A DNA stretch of 64,000 nucleotides from Eledone cirrhosa (GCA_964016885.1 OZ024742.1:140244001-140308000); one strand, 5' to 3'. Positions 1 through 12,900 are shown, counted from the stretch's first letter. Notes: generated by a model from the letters alone, not told the origin. Made by a program: numbers and translations.

Positions 1-25
1 TTGGCATGTACGGAGTGTCGTAGGG

Positions 26-92
26 TGTATTGTATCAATTTTAAAAAAAGAAAGACTAAACACCGGCTTATCTTTAAAATTGATACAATACA
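26..92. repeat. Perfect 20-bp inverted repeat with 27-nt spacer
   Basis: tgtattgtatcaattttaaa (26-45) is the exact reverse complement of tttaaaattgatacaataca (73-92). Confidence 0.85.
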
Positions 93-149
93 TTATTATA
101 TGAGGGGCATACCAAACCTGAACTACCTCAGGTCCCTGAAGGACTAAAT

Positions 150-590
150 CTGGTCCTGATCATATTCTAGATACTGTTTGGCTAAGTTTAACTTGTCTTC
201 TAGGTAACAAAATGCTTTTGCAACTTCCATCTTCACACCATTCCCTAAATCCGACTCAACATCTTCTCCATCTGTAGCTCTTGCCATTCACATTTTACAT
301 TTAAATGTATCTGCCACATTATTTAATAATTCCTTCACACTGCTACATTTTCAGTGTACAAACTCATTGCTTATTATACATTTAATGGAGTTCCCTCTAA
401 CACCCTTACTGCTCACTACACCCTGCACACAGCCACCTTCCTCTTCTTTCCACTTCCTCACCACATGCTTTATCAATTGCCATCTTCATTTTTCTGACAT
501 TTACCTTCATACTTTTTGTCTTTATTTGTTTCTTCCATTTATTCATCTTCTCCCTCAGTCCAGTTATATTCTCTTATATTAATGCTAGAT
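150..590 (-). mobile_element. Decayed RTE-clade LINE fragment (end of RT plus Cys-rich finger)
   Basis: Minus strand reads, with stops and frameshifts, ...KSMKVNV..., GRWLCAGC...GVRGNSIKC...VH*KCS. This resembles the better-preserved fragment at 6440-6600 (GKWPCLICQKGVGRNSIRC). Confidence 0.55.
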
Positions 591-1759
591 CATCTGTATA
601 TAATGACCCTCATGGTGAACCCTCCTTCACACTTTGACTCAGGAATTGTTCAAGAGTTTTTATTAAAAAGATGTGCAGAAAGCTGGAACAAATATTCAGG
701 CATTTAATCTGTATGTTCTAACAGATTTGATATATATTTTACTGTGAATGTTATGGGTTTGTTTATGAATGAATTTTGATTAATATATTTGCCGCTGCAA
801 AAAGGAAAATTTGACCTCAGCAGGATTTGAGCTAAGATTGCTGAGAGTTGAAACAAATACTAAAGCATTTACTTGAATGCTCATAACTCTTATAGTTATT
901 TTACTGTGAATGATATAGGACTGTTCATAAATTTAATATCATTACACTATATGACACATATCTTTTCACTGATAAGATGAAATCATGCTCTAGTTGAAAT
1001 CAATGCTTTCACCCCCACCATTGCAGTCCAACATTTTGTTGGGAGGGACAAATATTTAGGAAAGATTTTGATAGTAAGGCATGTTAAATGTGAAGAAAAT
1101 ATAGGTAGATTAAGTTATTTATTAAGAGTTAAAAGGAAGAGTTAACTTATACAATTGGTTCCACCTGAATAATTGTTTGTACCTGTATTTTAGTAATGTG
1201 TACCAAATTTAGTAATGTGAACCAGAAAAATAGTTTTTCTTATTCTTTTTACTGGTTTCACTCATATGACTGTGGTCATACTTTTGTTGATTTTGTTGAT
1301 CATATTGATCCCAGTTCTTATTTTTTCAAATCTGTTATTTTACCAATCTCTTTTTTGTTGAATTACTAAGATCTAAGACATAAAAACAGACACATACATG
1401 CACACACAACTCATCATCATCATCATTTAACATGTTTTCCTTGCTGAAAAGAATATACATGTGTATATACACATGGAGAGTGTTGAGAGGATTCAAGAGT
1501 GCAACAACCTTTCTAGTGTTGGTAAAATGATAAACCATAGCCCCTGCTCATTTGAGAGGTCAGTAGCTTTCATTAAGTAGTGACTTGGTCTTTGACAACC
1601 TGACCAGCCCTTCTTACTGGGGGAATAGTGATGTTAAATGATGATGTGTGTGTGTGTATATAAAAAGGGTATGATAGTTTGCTTGAAGCATTGTGGAATA
1701 TACAAATGGACTTTTCAGTTTTATATATATATGTGTGTGTGTATATAGATATATGATAC

Positions 1760-3430
1760 ATATATAAAAGAAAGAAGGCAGTTTTACATATTCAACTTCA
1801 GTTTGTTTTTATTTCATTGTGGTGTTATGTCATTAGATATTATGTAGCTGGGGGCAGGGGTTCCTTATGGTGTGGATATGTTCTGAAAATCACAGAGGAT
1901 GTGTTTGACCCTGCAGTGAAACTAGTGGCATTAGGGTTATAGTAGCTAGAAGTTGCTGCATTAGTGTTGTCCACACTGCATTTGTGTGGGTTGTCCTGGG
2001 GTTTATTTCATAGTGGGCTGCCTATGCTAGTGGCTGTTCTGTGATCCTTCCTTTCAACAGTATGTTGGTGTTTAGATGCCTGGTTGGGGCAGTGTATGCT
2101 ATGGGTCTGACCCCCAAGTGGTATGTGCTGTCTATTGTCAGTTAACTGGGTCCAATTCCTTAGATTTTTTTTCCTTTCTAGGTTGGTTGTCATGTTCTTA
2201 TTGTTAATTCTTCTATTGATATAGCTTCTATTTCGGTCCTTATGCTCCGCCTTGCCCATCTTGTGCTTGTCTCAAGGTTCCATATTGATGCTGTGTGGGT
2301 CGTTTCTGCCTATTTCTGTTCACGTGATAATCTAGTGATTGATGTGTGCAGTGTTTATCTATTTTAGAGTAGTTGCTTCTGTCATTTTGATTTTTTTCCT
2401 TTGCATGTGCTTAGGTTCTTTGTCACTAGTAGAGGATGTTAGTGTATATGCTATTTTCTCCTCATATCTTGCTCTAGCTAGTGTGTCATTGTAGTAATCT
2501 GCAGACAGCATACAAATTCTCTTAGATACAGTTAACTACAGCCTTAGGGTGGTTAGAGTTATAGCTAAAGTAATATAGATTTTCATTTATGGTATGAGTA
2601 AAAGAAGCCAGAATTGAGGTTTAGGTTGATATCAAGGAAGTTTACTATTTTTCTGTTAATCTCCATTTCTACCTTTAGACCAATATTTTAAAAGAATTTA
2701 ATTATCATTTTACTTTTCCTTTCAAGGGCACTATTATCATGGTTAATAAGAATAAAAAGTACATTATCATGGTACAAACCACTGTCCAGTTGCAAGATCC
2801 TGTGCTTAATTTGTTAGAGAAGGAATAAGCCAGTGAGGTTTGTTATTTGGGCCTAGTCTGGAGAGACTATGGTGATATCAAAATCATTAGGTTTGTCCTT
2901 ACATATCCACAATTCACCATTGAATTTAACAATTGTTCTACAAGCTGCAAGTACTATATTAATCTCATCTTGGGTAAAGTCAATATATTTCAGGACATTT
3001 ATATCAATGCCTTATTCAGCAAGATTGGTGAGATAGATGAGTAGTAGCTTGTTATATCAAGCTGTATAAATGTGGTGCTATCCAATGATCTCATTGATTC
3101 CAGCCCACAGCTGGAGCTATGTCTTATTCTTCAGTGTAGGTATATATAATTTGGATGGTGCAGTTATCCTAATGGGTAATTCCTATTTGAAATTAGGTTT
3201 GTGATCCTTAACTGTTAGTCTGGGTGTCCTGGTTGTGGACAGTTCAATCACGTTTTCTATATTGAGTTTAGTTACTATTTTATTTACTTTCATATTTATT
3301 AAGTCCAGATTTGTATTAGTTGTTTACTTGTAGTTCTTTCATAGCTCTCTGTTACTATAGGTTATCTTATTTATTCCATACAGGTTATTTGTCTTATCTA
3401 TATATACTAAAATACTGCTGGTTTCCCTAA
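1760..3430 (-). mobile_element. Decayed Penelope-like element, reverse transcriptase remnant plus 3' region
   Basis: Manual minus-strand translation gives PLE RT motifs in the correct order: TPRLTVKDHKPNF (~3188-3227), FIQLDITSYYSSISPILLNKAL (~3005-3070), DFDITIVSPD*AQITNLTGLFL (~2820-2885) and SGLYHDN (~2763-2783, a degenerate GLYRDD). The end at ~1770-1805 (gcagtttt...caacttcagttt) recurs at ~4238-4265. Confidence 0.75.
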
Positions 3431-3462
3431 GTTCCTTGATCTTATTATTAAGGGTGGGGGGT

Positions 3463-3660
3463 TGGCAGTGTTGGTAGAGAATTGGACATGCTTCACAGCA
3501 TAGTTATCACCCTTTACATTCTGAGTTCAAATCTCGCTGAGATTAGCTTTACCTCCTTACAGGGTCAATAAAATAAAGTACCAGTAACACACTGATGATG
3601 ACTTAATTAACTTTCCCTTCTCCCAGAATTTTTGACCTTGTGCCTAAATCAGAAACTATT
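3463..3660 (+). mobile_element. Octopus-type SINE, diverged
   Basis: Contains ttctgagttcaaatc (B-box-like), aataaaataaagtacc and ccttgtgcctaaa. Related copies at 40300-40505 and fragments at ~4135-4190 and ~7170-7245. Confidence 0.65.
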
Positions 3661-4629
3661 ATTAAGTGAAGCCAGGTGTTTACATCCCTTGAATGGGTTC
3701 CTCATGAAATTTAGACTATGTAATATATTAATCATCTCATTCTCAAATTTGACCAGATCTTTATTATGATGGGGGGGGGGGGGGGGGCTTCCTTCTGGAT
3801 CTGAACTTCAATTCTAGATTATGTATGTTCTCCTTCATTTGGTCCTTTGGTGTTCCTTTATCGAAGTGGTATGAGAGTTTGTTTTTGTGATTAATTGTTT
3901 AATAAACTCCTGCTTGCCAGGTAATGACATGTTCTTTAGCAATTGAAGGTTTCCATCTCAAAGCTGTTACATTATGATTGCTCAACAATATTAGGAGCTA
4001 TGTATTTGTTTCAGTAAGCCATAATGGTTATTCCCAGCAACCAACCAACTAACTAACTAACTAACTAACTATGGCGTAATCAAGCATAAGTACTCCATGT
4101 CATGGGTATCCATAATGTATTATGTATATAGTATCATAAAGTACCAGTAATGCACTGGGTAATTGCTGGCCTTGTGCCTAAAGTAGAAACAATTATGTAT
4201 ATAGTATCATATGGAATATCCATATTAAAAAAGAAGGGGCAGTTTTCCAATTTCAACTTCAGTTTAATATCTTAAATCACACCTGTTATGTACGTTTCAA
4301 TGGCATCAACATGTCCTTATATAATAGTTATTTAATATGTTGTTGTGAGACCGGTGCTGAAAATGTAAACAATGTTTTGTTCTGGAATTTTGATATTCCA
4401 TCGAAGGGAAGTTTATTCTGGGTTGCAGTATGCTATATCTATGCTGGCACTGACAAGTTAGATATGGAGGAGGGGGGAGAGGGGTACTGTGGTAATGGTA
4501 GGAGGTGAAAGTAGGTTAGTGTACTAACGGTGTCCCAGGCAGTTCATTATTTGGTCATCCTACTCTGACTATTAAAGGGGTTATAAAATGAAAAATCAGT
4601 TTATTCATATATATATGTGTGTGTGTGTG

Positions 4630-4990
4630 CACACTGGTATCTAACTGCCTGTGCTAGGGCCAATAACACTGTTAGAACTTCCATGTAGTATGGGAGTAAA
4701 AATTCCAAGATCAGGTGATAAGACTTTTTGTTTTTATAGTAGGCTATCATCATATTGGATTTCATTGAGCATTGAAATGTGCTACAGAGTCATATGTTGA
4801 ACAATGAAAACAAAAGGTGTAGTTTAATGCTTAATTAGTTCATTGTTTTACGGTCGTTTCAGAAGGATGATTGCCCATGATAAATTGATATAGTGACTAA
4901 TCAATAGTAGTTATGTAGCTCCATATTATTAGTCTCGATTTAATAGATCCATCTCACTGCCTTCATCAGAAACAAGGAATGAGAATCTTT
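4630..4990 (-). mobile_element. Non-coding PLE pseudo-LTR-like element carrying a hammerhead
   Basis: Contains the HHR at 4843-4975. Both halves recur, rearranged, at 36340-36625. Confidence 0.6.
4843..4975 (-). ncRNA. Type I hammerhead ribozyme motif with ~100-nt stem/loop II
   Basis: Minus strand: uuguuu-CUGAUGA-agg...(102 nt in total)...ucu-GAAA-CGACC-GUA-aaacaa. Stem I (uuguuu/aaacaa) is a perfect 6 bp and the cleavage triplet is GUA. Confidence 0.75.
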
Positions 4991-5189
4991 AATTTGAAGA
5001 TATATATAGAGGTTGAAATACATTAATTGGATACTAGGACAAAGAATAAAAATAAAAAGTCCTCCTAATCCTTTGTTTGGTAAGCCCTCCATGGCTGAAT
5101 GCCCTTCCTATCACCAACCATTTCATGGGGGTGAGTGAGTTGTGATGTTGAGAACTGTTAGGGAGTGCTAGTGGGAGGGTAGGTCAGGT

Positions 5190-6600
5190 CACATTGTATG
5201 CTGCAGGTCGGGTTTTCTTTAGCAGAGCATAACATCAGCCCTCACAGTCTTGAGTTATTTCTTTTGTACGGTTTAGCTTTTTAAGGTCAGCCTTCACAAC
5301 CTCATCTCGTGTCTTCTGGGTCTGCCTCTTTCATGGGTCCCAACCACTGGGATTTCTCTGCATTTCTTTATGCAGCTGCTATCTTCCATGCACATTACAT
5401 GTCCATACCAATGCAGTCTTTTTTCTTACACTCTACATCCAATTACTCTTATGCTAAGATTTGCTTATGTTATGTCATTCATGTGCTCTAACATTGCACA
5501 TCTATCTGAACATACTTGACTCATTTCTTTCTAGTCTCCGCAAGTCTTCTGCAGTCAAGGCCCATGTTTCACTGCCCTGTAGCCATGCAGTTCACACACA
5601 GGCATCCTATCACTCTGAGAGAAAAGCATTTTACTGTTAGCAGTGGTAATTGATCTCTGAACTTCTTCCAGCCTGTTTTTATCATACCTATCACATTTTC
5701 ACCCCCCCCCCCCCCCCCTACTACTAATTTGATTGCCTAGGTTGCAAAAGCTGCCAATAATTTGAGAGCTCCCCTGGTATCTGAGGAAATCTACTTCACA
5801 TGTGCTCTTTGTGCTTACTTCCCCTCTGCATCTGCCACATATAAAGTCTATTTTCTGATAGCCTACCTGCAATCCAACTACATTACTTGTATCTATCATA
5901 TAATAAAGGGAGGAGTGCGGGACAGCGTCCGTTTTATATTTTTTTATCCTGTTAGTAAAATAAGTTGGATTACTTTGAATAAATAATGAATGAATATTAT
6001 GTAAATTATCTACTAAATTTTGTAGCTCTTGATTAAACATAAACATTCTTATATATAAAGTATTGCTTACTTTAAGATTCATTTCTTTAAAATTTTCAAA
6101 TATATCATAACACTCGCCGTATACTTATATAAACGCTTATATATTTGCATCGTTATATAACATTTATATTTCCATCGCTAATTTTCTCCTTTTTTATTTT
6201 CATTACATTTCACCGAAATAGTTTATATATAACATCGTCTTTTTTAAATGTATCATGGATTACTTTACAGATTACAGAAGAGAGTGTAACACAGTTTCTC
6301 TTCAATTTTTGTGTATATTGTCAATTACGATTTCATTTGACGTATCATATCTACATGCTTGTCTATTTGCATATAATATCAATATGCACATATATTTGCA
6401 TATAATATCAATATGCACACTGGGTGGTTTTTCTGCTAGTTTCCATAATTTACATTGTGTGCACCTTATGGAATTTCTGCCTACACCTTTCTGACATATC
6501 AAACAAGGCCACTTTCCTGATGGCATCACCTTCCTGTCTTCTTTGCTACTTAATAAGACTTTCGTCTTTGCTAAATTCACTTTTAGGCCTTTCAGCTCTA
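5190..6600 (-). mobile_element. RTE-clade LINE 3' fragment, split by an insertion at 5892-6439
   Basis: NLAKTKVL...GKWPCLICQKGVGRNSIRCTQCKLW (6440-6580) continues across the insert as KYK*CSWIAGRL...DFICGRC, then FCNLGNQIS, GSETWAL, RLHWYGHV and RGRPR toward ~5200. Confidence 0.8.
5892..6439 (+). mobile_element. Non-autonomous Helitron-like insertion (548 bp)
   Basis: Begins TC(TATC), ends CTAG, and sits between A5891 and T6440 with no TSD. Removing it restores the RTE reading frame (tgg aaa tac aag on the minus strand). Confidence 0.7.
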
Positions 6601-6947
6601 GGTTCTATCTATTTCTATATATATGTGTGTGTGTATACATATATATGAGTTTAAGTGTCTATGTATAAGACATATGGGTTAATAGTGAGTATATTTTTAT
6701 AATTGCAAGATGCCATGTAGTAGGAACCTGGGATTCCATGATTGCAAAGTGAATGCCTTAACCACTCGGCTATACCTGTGTCCATAACAATAAAAATAAT
6801 TCTGCAGATAAATATAATTTTGTAACCATTTAATGCCATTACAAAGCTGGAATGATGGCATTTTCAAGTCTTTTGCCTCAGTCTTTCAAATATTACAGTG
6901 GATTGGCTGAATCATTATTGTTAGATAAAATGTTTTGCAGTATTTAA

Positions 6948-7155
6948 CCCTTTAACATTTAAACTGGCCATAGCCGGCCAGAATTCTCTCACCTCTTTCT
7001 GTTCAAACTGACTGTAACCGGCCGCTCAAACTAATGTTAAAGTATTGTTCTCAAAATAAATAATATCAAAATCTCATAGATTCAATATTATGTGAGATAA
7101 AGCCTTTACCACAAAAATAAAATTGTAAATACAGAGTAATATAAATGCTAAAGGG
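6948..7155. mobile_element. piggyBac-like MITE (TTAA-flanked, CCC...GGG ends)
   Basis: TTAA|ccctttaacattt ... aaatgctaaaggg|TTAA: imperfect TIRs with a TTAA duplication. Confidence 0.7.
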
Positions 7156-7384
7156 TTAAGTTACAGCTCTTTACATTCTGAATTTGTTCAAATCCAGTTG
7201 AGATCAACTTTTACCCATTGGCAAATAAAATACCAGTCAAGTATTTCTCACCTTACAACAATACTAAAAATCAATACTGTATTTCTAATTCTGTTGTGAT
7301 CTTCAGCTGATATCAATGCACTTTTTTTGAGAATCTCAAATTTTGGTTTAGAATAAACTCTTGATCACATTCAAAAAAGTTTAA

Positions 7385-7860
7385 AGCCCTTTTGATACCA
7401 AATCACCTGAACCCCTCCCCCGACCAGGTTTTATAGTACAAAGCTGTATGTTATAAATTGTTTATATTTATCTAAAGACCTTCCATCATAATTTTATGTA
7501 AGAACTTTTGTTAAAATGTTTCAAACACCAGATAAATAATGTTTTCAAAATTATTTGAAACACATAGTCAGTGTCTTTCTTTCATTAGAAATATATTAAC
7601 AAAGGAGATAATGGTGACAATCTGCCTGAAACTAACCCTGGTTCTATGATAAAAAAAAGATGTTTGTTTTAAAGTGTTCATATTCAAATTTAAACATTCC
7701 ATTATAATTTTAATATGAAAACCTTTATTAAGTTATGTTCTAGATGGCAACTTAATATTAAACAAGTTATATTACTAAATCCCTAATAATTTTTTTTCCT
7801 CAAATTAATTGAAAATAATTGACAGTGTACTTCATTAAAAATACTGTTCCAAAGGAGTTA
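7385..7860 (+). mobile_element. Two decayed copies of an AT-rich MITE family
   Basis: Similar to 27152-27400 (cccttttgatacca..., ttccatcataattttatg, aaacaccag, cagtgtctttc). Confidence 0.45.
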
Positions 7861-8197
7861 AAAGTAGCTGTCTAAAAATTACTTAGCACCAGCTTAAATG
7901 GATGCAATTGGTCACATCAGCCCCACGACTCATTCTTTCAAGTCATCACCTGCTCATTAAGTGAAGTAAAGACACATAGAAACAAATGCATGCATGCACA
8001 CACACACATGCATGAATATACACACACACACACGCATGAATATACACACACATTTAAAGAGAGAGAGAGCGGGAGAGATACAGTATAGTCACTAAAGAAA
8101 GGGTTCTCCATTGGGATTATGTTGTCTTTTTATACCTGCTCTGCATCTAAATATTTTCTACCCTGATTTGTAGCCTTCCTGGTCACCGAACTGTGAA

Positions 8198-8250
<53 letters not shown>

Positions 8251-8446
8251 AAAGTAAAAATCCTGGCTGAAATGCTTAGTGGTTTCGGCTTGTTTGAATT
8301 TGGCAAGGCACTGTTATTGTGTTTTTACCTTCCTTTATACTCATTCTGCTTCATACTCATTCTGCTTCTTCTCATGCATAGAGTACTACCCTGACTTGTG
8401 GTCTCCCCAGTTTTGGCGCCACAAAGTTTATATATATATATATATA

Positions 8447-8805
8447 TCATCATCACCGTTTTACGTCCGTTCTTCCACGCTAGCATGGGTTAGACGGGTT
8501 GTCCTGTTGTGGGCAGTGTCCGGTCGGCTGACCATGCCTTGCTCATATGGGAACTGATTCTGGCCTGATTTCTACAGCTGGATGCCCTTCCTAACACCTC
8601 CACGACTACTTTGCAGTGGGAGGGGTGGGGGCATATATATATCATCGCCGTTTAATGTCCATTTTCCATGCTTCCATGAATTAGACAGGTTGTCCATGAC
8701 ATGAGTCCAGTTTGGCCAGATTGGTTGTGCCATATCTTGTTGAGACGGAACTGTGAAATTTGGCTGGGACTTTTACAGATGGATACCCTTCCTAACATCA
8801 ACCAT
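8447..8805 (-). mobile_element. Two SINE/RTE 3'-tail fragments
   Basis: 8447-8598 is a near-identical reverse complement of ~54921-55070 (ggtgttaggaagggcatccagctgtagaaatc...acccatgctagcgtggaagaacggacgtaaaacggtgatgatg). A second related tail lies at 8640-8805. Confidence 0.75.
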
Positions 8806-8933
8806 ATATATACATACATACATACATATATATATATATATACACACACTCACATATGCATACATATATATATATGTATACACACACACACATATGCATA
8901 CATATATATATATATATACACACATATGCATAC

Positions 8934-8967
<34 letters not shown>

Positions 8968-8986
8968 GCATATATATATACATATG

Positions 8987-9045
<59 letters not shown>

Positions 9046-9060
9046 GCATACTTACCCATA

Positions 9061-9561
9061 GAGCAGACAAGAACTGAGACCCGACCCCAAAGGTACTGTG
9101 GTTCCTCTGGAACTACTCAGGTCGATAACAGAAAATGTAATTGCAGGAACACTGCCACTTGCCCCATGGCTGGGAAATGCCTCACCAAAAACATAGTCTA
9201 CGACTGTAAGGTCTCCACTCTTGATAGAACCTTCAGGTATGTTGGGGCAACTGCCACTGAATTTAAGGATAGATGGTATAATCACCGCCATACCTTTAAT
9301 AGATTAGATAAAAAAAATCGCACAGCGCTTTCTGAATTAGTCTGGAAGCTTAAACAACAGAATATAGACCACTCCTTATCCTGGTCCATAATTTGCTCAG
9401 CCCAGCCTTATAACAGCAGCACTGGCGTCTGTAATTTATGTATAGCTGAAACCTTTAATATTATTAGAGGCGGCCGCCTATTAATCAATAAGAGAGCGGA
9501 TTTTTTCAGCAACTGCCTACATAGAACCTTGAAAACCTTTTGCAGGATTTTTGGAAAGTAA
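9061..9561 (+). pseudogene. PLE GIY-YIG endonuclease domain (C-terminus of a truncated ORF)
   Basis: [23 protein letters not shown]...[20 protein letters not shown]...[11 protein letters not shown]...CNLCIAE...LINKR...CLHR. It has a CxCx5C linker (as I recall, typical of the Hydra PLE group) and VY/YVG/R/E/N motifs. The N-terminal part of ORF 8701-9561 is microsatellite read-through. Confidence 0.9.
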
Positions 9562-11018
9562 CCTACCACTAACTCCTCCCTCTCTACTTTAGCCATAGAG
9601 TTCTCTCAGTTAACAGACAATCACACATTCATGTAGTTAGACAGCTAAGATCGTTTGCGCACTTACAAACAGTACTCGGCCTCTTTCCACAGAGTTTTCA
9701 CGGCTGAGTGCACTTTAGAATACCTAGTTAGTAAATAGTTAGAATGATTACACACTCAGATTACCTAGTTAGTAAATAGTTAAAATGATTACACACACAG
9801 GCAAGACCGATTATGCGCATTTACCATTACTTTAAGATACCCTAGCCATTGAGTTCTCTCGGTTGGGATATAGTTAGATGTATTGCACATTCAGTTAAGA
9901 CCGATTATGCTCTCTGTACATACCTCTACACACAGTACCCGTTTTCTTTAGACATTGTGTTCCCACAGTTATGACTGGTCACGTTTCTACTGATTGAACA
10001 CTACACTAGGTTTTGATCTGTGATCATCTAACCATGGAGTGCTCACGGTTATGGATTGGACAATAATACTTACACACCATTAATGGGCCTACACACATCC
10101 TCTGGGTTTTGCCATCCTTTGTTATTATACTTTACTTTTTGTGTTGGATAACACACCTCCACCACTCAAACACCTATCTTAAAAGCCCAAGGGCCGATAT
10201 GACGGGAAATCGCACCTACTGACACCTTAACCCAAATACTCAACCCTACACGGAGCCCCTTGCTGGCCTACATAGTGGTTGCTTGCACGCACAGATTTGG
10301 GGACTCGGATTCTCAATGGGACAGCGGTACATACTGAGTTCGATATGAGCTGATTGCTTGCTCTTCACATGGATGTGTATATACCTAGACATACACTTTT
10401 TTGGACGATACGGATGTGTATATACCATAACATACACTATTTGGAGAAACGGATGTTACAATTCAATCTATACACGTATAGCAGAACACTGAACTTACTT
10501 GCTTGTGTATGGGGTTGCGGTTGACCCAATATTTCCAATTTACATCGTTAAATTGAGATTTAACCAATGTAACGTTTGTTGTTTTATAAACTAACTTTCG
10601 GTGAATGCTATGTTGGTATATTCTTATATTTATTATTTTTTCTTTGACATTGCTTCGGTGTGTGTGAGAGTGTGTGTGTACCCACTCACACTAATTGTGA
10701 CCGTCTATAGTTCTACAGATCTGATGCTGTGTTGGTATGTGTATATATATTTTTTCTTTGACCTCGAGTCGGTGCATGTGGGTGTTGAGTGTGTGTGTAC
10801 CCACTCACATTAACTGTGACCGACTGTAACTCTACAGATTTGATTGATGTCCAACGTCTTTTGCAGCTATTGGGATATAGAAACTTGATAGTTTTATGAC
10901 CTTAACTGAAGATGATAGCAGTCGCCGTAGTTTGACTGCTTGATCTTCATATGAGGGAATAAACTCTGTGAGTGAACATTGCTAATTTTCTCCCTCATAT
11001 CAAGAATTTGAAGACAAT

Positions 11019-11105
11019 TCATTTTCACCTGATGAGATCAGTGATAATCGATCATGGCTTCACGATCGATCTATCTCTTATTGAAACGTGTTGTGATTAA
11101 AATGA
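11019..11105 (+). ncRNA. Type I hammerhead ribozyme motif in the PLE 3' end (partly degenerate)
   Basis: ucauuuucac-CUGAUGA(11029-11035)-gau...aucgauc/gaucgau...auu-GAAA-CGU-GUU-guga(uua)aaauga. The triplet is GUU; stem III ACGUGU is one change from the palindrome ACGCGU. Confidence 0.65.
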
Positions 11106-11178
11106 TTGGAAATTTTACCTTGCTTTCAGATTTTCATTTTGATACATATGCATACATATGCATACATATATACACATA

Positions 11179-11695
<517 letters not shown>

Positions 11696-11729
11696 TTATA
11701 TATATATATACATAAGCATATATATATAT

Positions 11730-12900
11730 ATATAATTGGTGTTGGATGCTTAAAGCATCCGTATGCGGTAGGCCGTTTGAATACTCAATGCTCTCATCAT
11801 AGAGCAGAGTATGATATCACAGAAAAAAAGAGAATCAGTGTTGCAACGAATGGAATTTATTGGACATATTACAATCATTTCTCTGGCGACCAGCTCGAGG
11901 CACGAACGATGTGATGATTGAACCTGACTCTAAAAATCGCAAGGTCCTCAGATACGTCTTGATTCTATGAAGCATATTTTCCTAATGTCCTTTTACATCG
12001 ATATCCTTCGCCTGTCGGCTTAGATCCTGTTGTTGTCATTCTATGAGTGGTCAAGAATTGTACACGTCATCGATATTTCTAGCCACTCATGGTTGTCCAC
12101 TATTTGGTTCTTTTCATTCCCCACCTGTCAATCAAAGTTGTTTCTTAGATCAGAATTACTACTGTAGTAGGTAAGGGGTTGTATGCTTGAACTGCTTCGA
12201 CGTCTTCTCTGTCTTTAGGCGCCCTCGTCCACACCGATCACGTACACACCCGCAACTGTAAAATATGCGATAATCACCGTAAATAATGCTTGGAGGGAAT
12301 TTTAAAAACAAATTAGAAAAATATTTAGCATAACGTTTCAAGAACACAGCCTCAGAATACCTTAAAGCATATATATTTCAAAAAGAATGTATGTTCATAC
12401 CGAGGGCACATACTTGATGAATACCTTCCCATCCGTACACACACGCACAGCTGTGCACATGGTGCACATAGTATTATGAGACAACGTTCTTGAGGCTTGG
12501 ACCCAACCCGATCATGTGGCAATATAAGCTCGAAAGTGCATGCACAATATGCATAAATGTTATAGCCGCATAGTAACCTTGCACTAATCACATATAACTT
12601 GGGTGGCACATATATATAAATATGCCTGTACATACATAAAATCAGATAATATAAAATAATATATAAAATAAAATAAAATGCTGGAAAAAGGAATGCATAC
12701 ATGACAAGGATGCAGAGGGGATCCGGATATTATTGGGGTGTGCGTAAAGTTGCATAAAATACTTGAGGGCTGTGGTGCATATGGTCATATAATATACATG
12801 GGGACTGGTGATCTAAGGCACTGGGTAAGATTCTGCACATGATGCAGGTCTCATGGCTGGTGGACACATGGGGACCGTGCGTGCGTACACAAACAAGTTA
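11730..12900 (-). mobile_element. Non-coding PLE pLTR-like element with hammerhead, flanked by (TA)n
   Basis: A ~1.2 kb insert between TA tracts with an HHR near its minus-strand 3' end. No recognisable ORF. Confidence 0.5.
11863..11958 (-). ncRNA. Type I hammerhead ribozyme motif (CUGAGGA core)
   Basis: Minus strand: gacguau-CUGAGGA-ccuugcga...ucgccaga-GAAA-UGAUU-GUA-auauguc. Stem I is 7 bp with one G.U; stems II and III carry mismatches. Confidence 0.65.

Larger units (their letters stand above)
9052..11140 (+). mobile_element. 5'-truncated Penelope-like element: GIY-YIG endonuclease, long 3' non-coding region and HHR, between TA-rich repeats
   Basis: GIY-YIG coding segment 9061-9561 and HHR at 11019-11105. 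Both flanks are (TA)n/(CATA)n microsatellite. Confidence 0.8.

Noticed and set aside
4225-4520. Minus-strand GAAACGTACATA near a PLE-like terminus
   Set aside because: No matching CUGANGA half was found.
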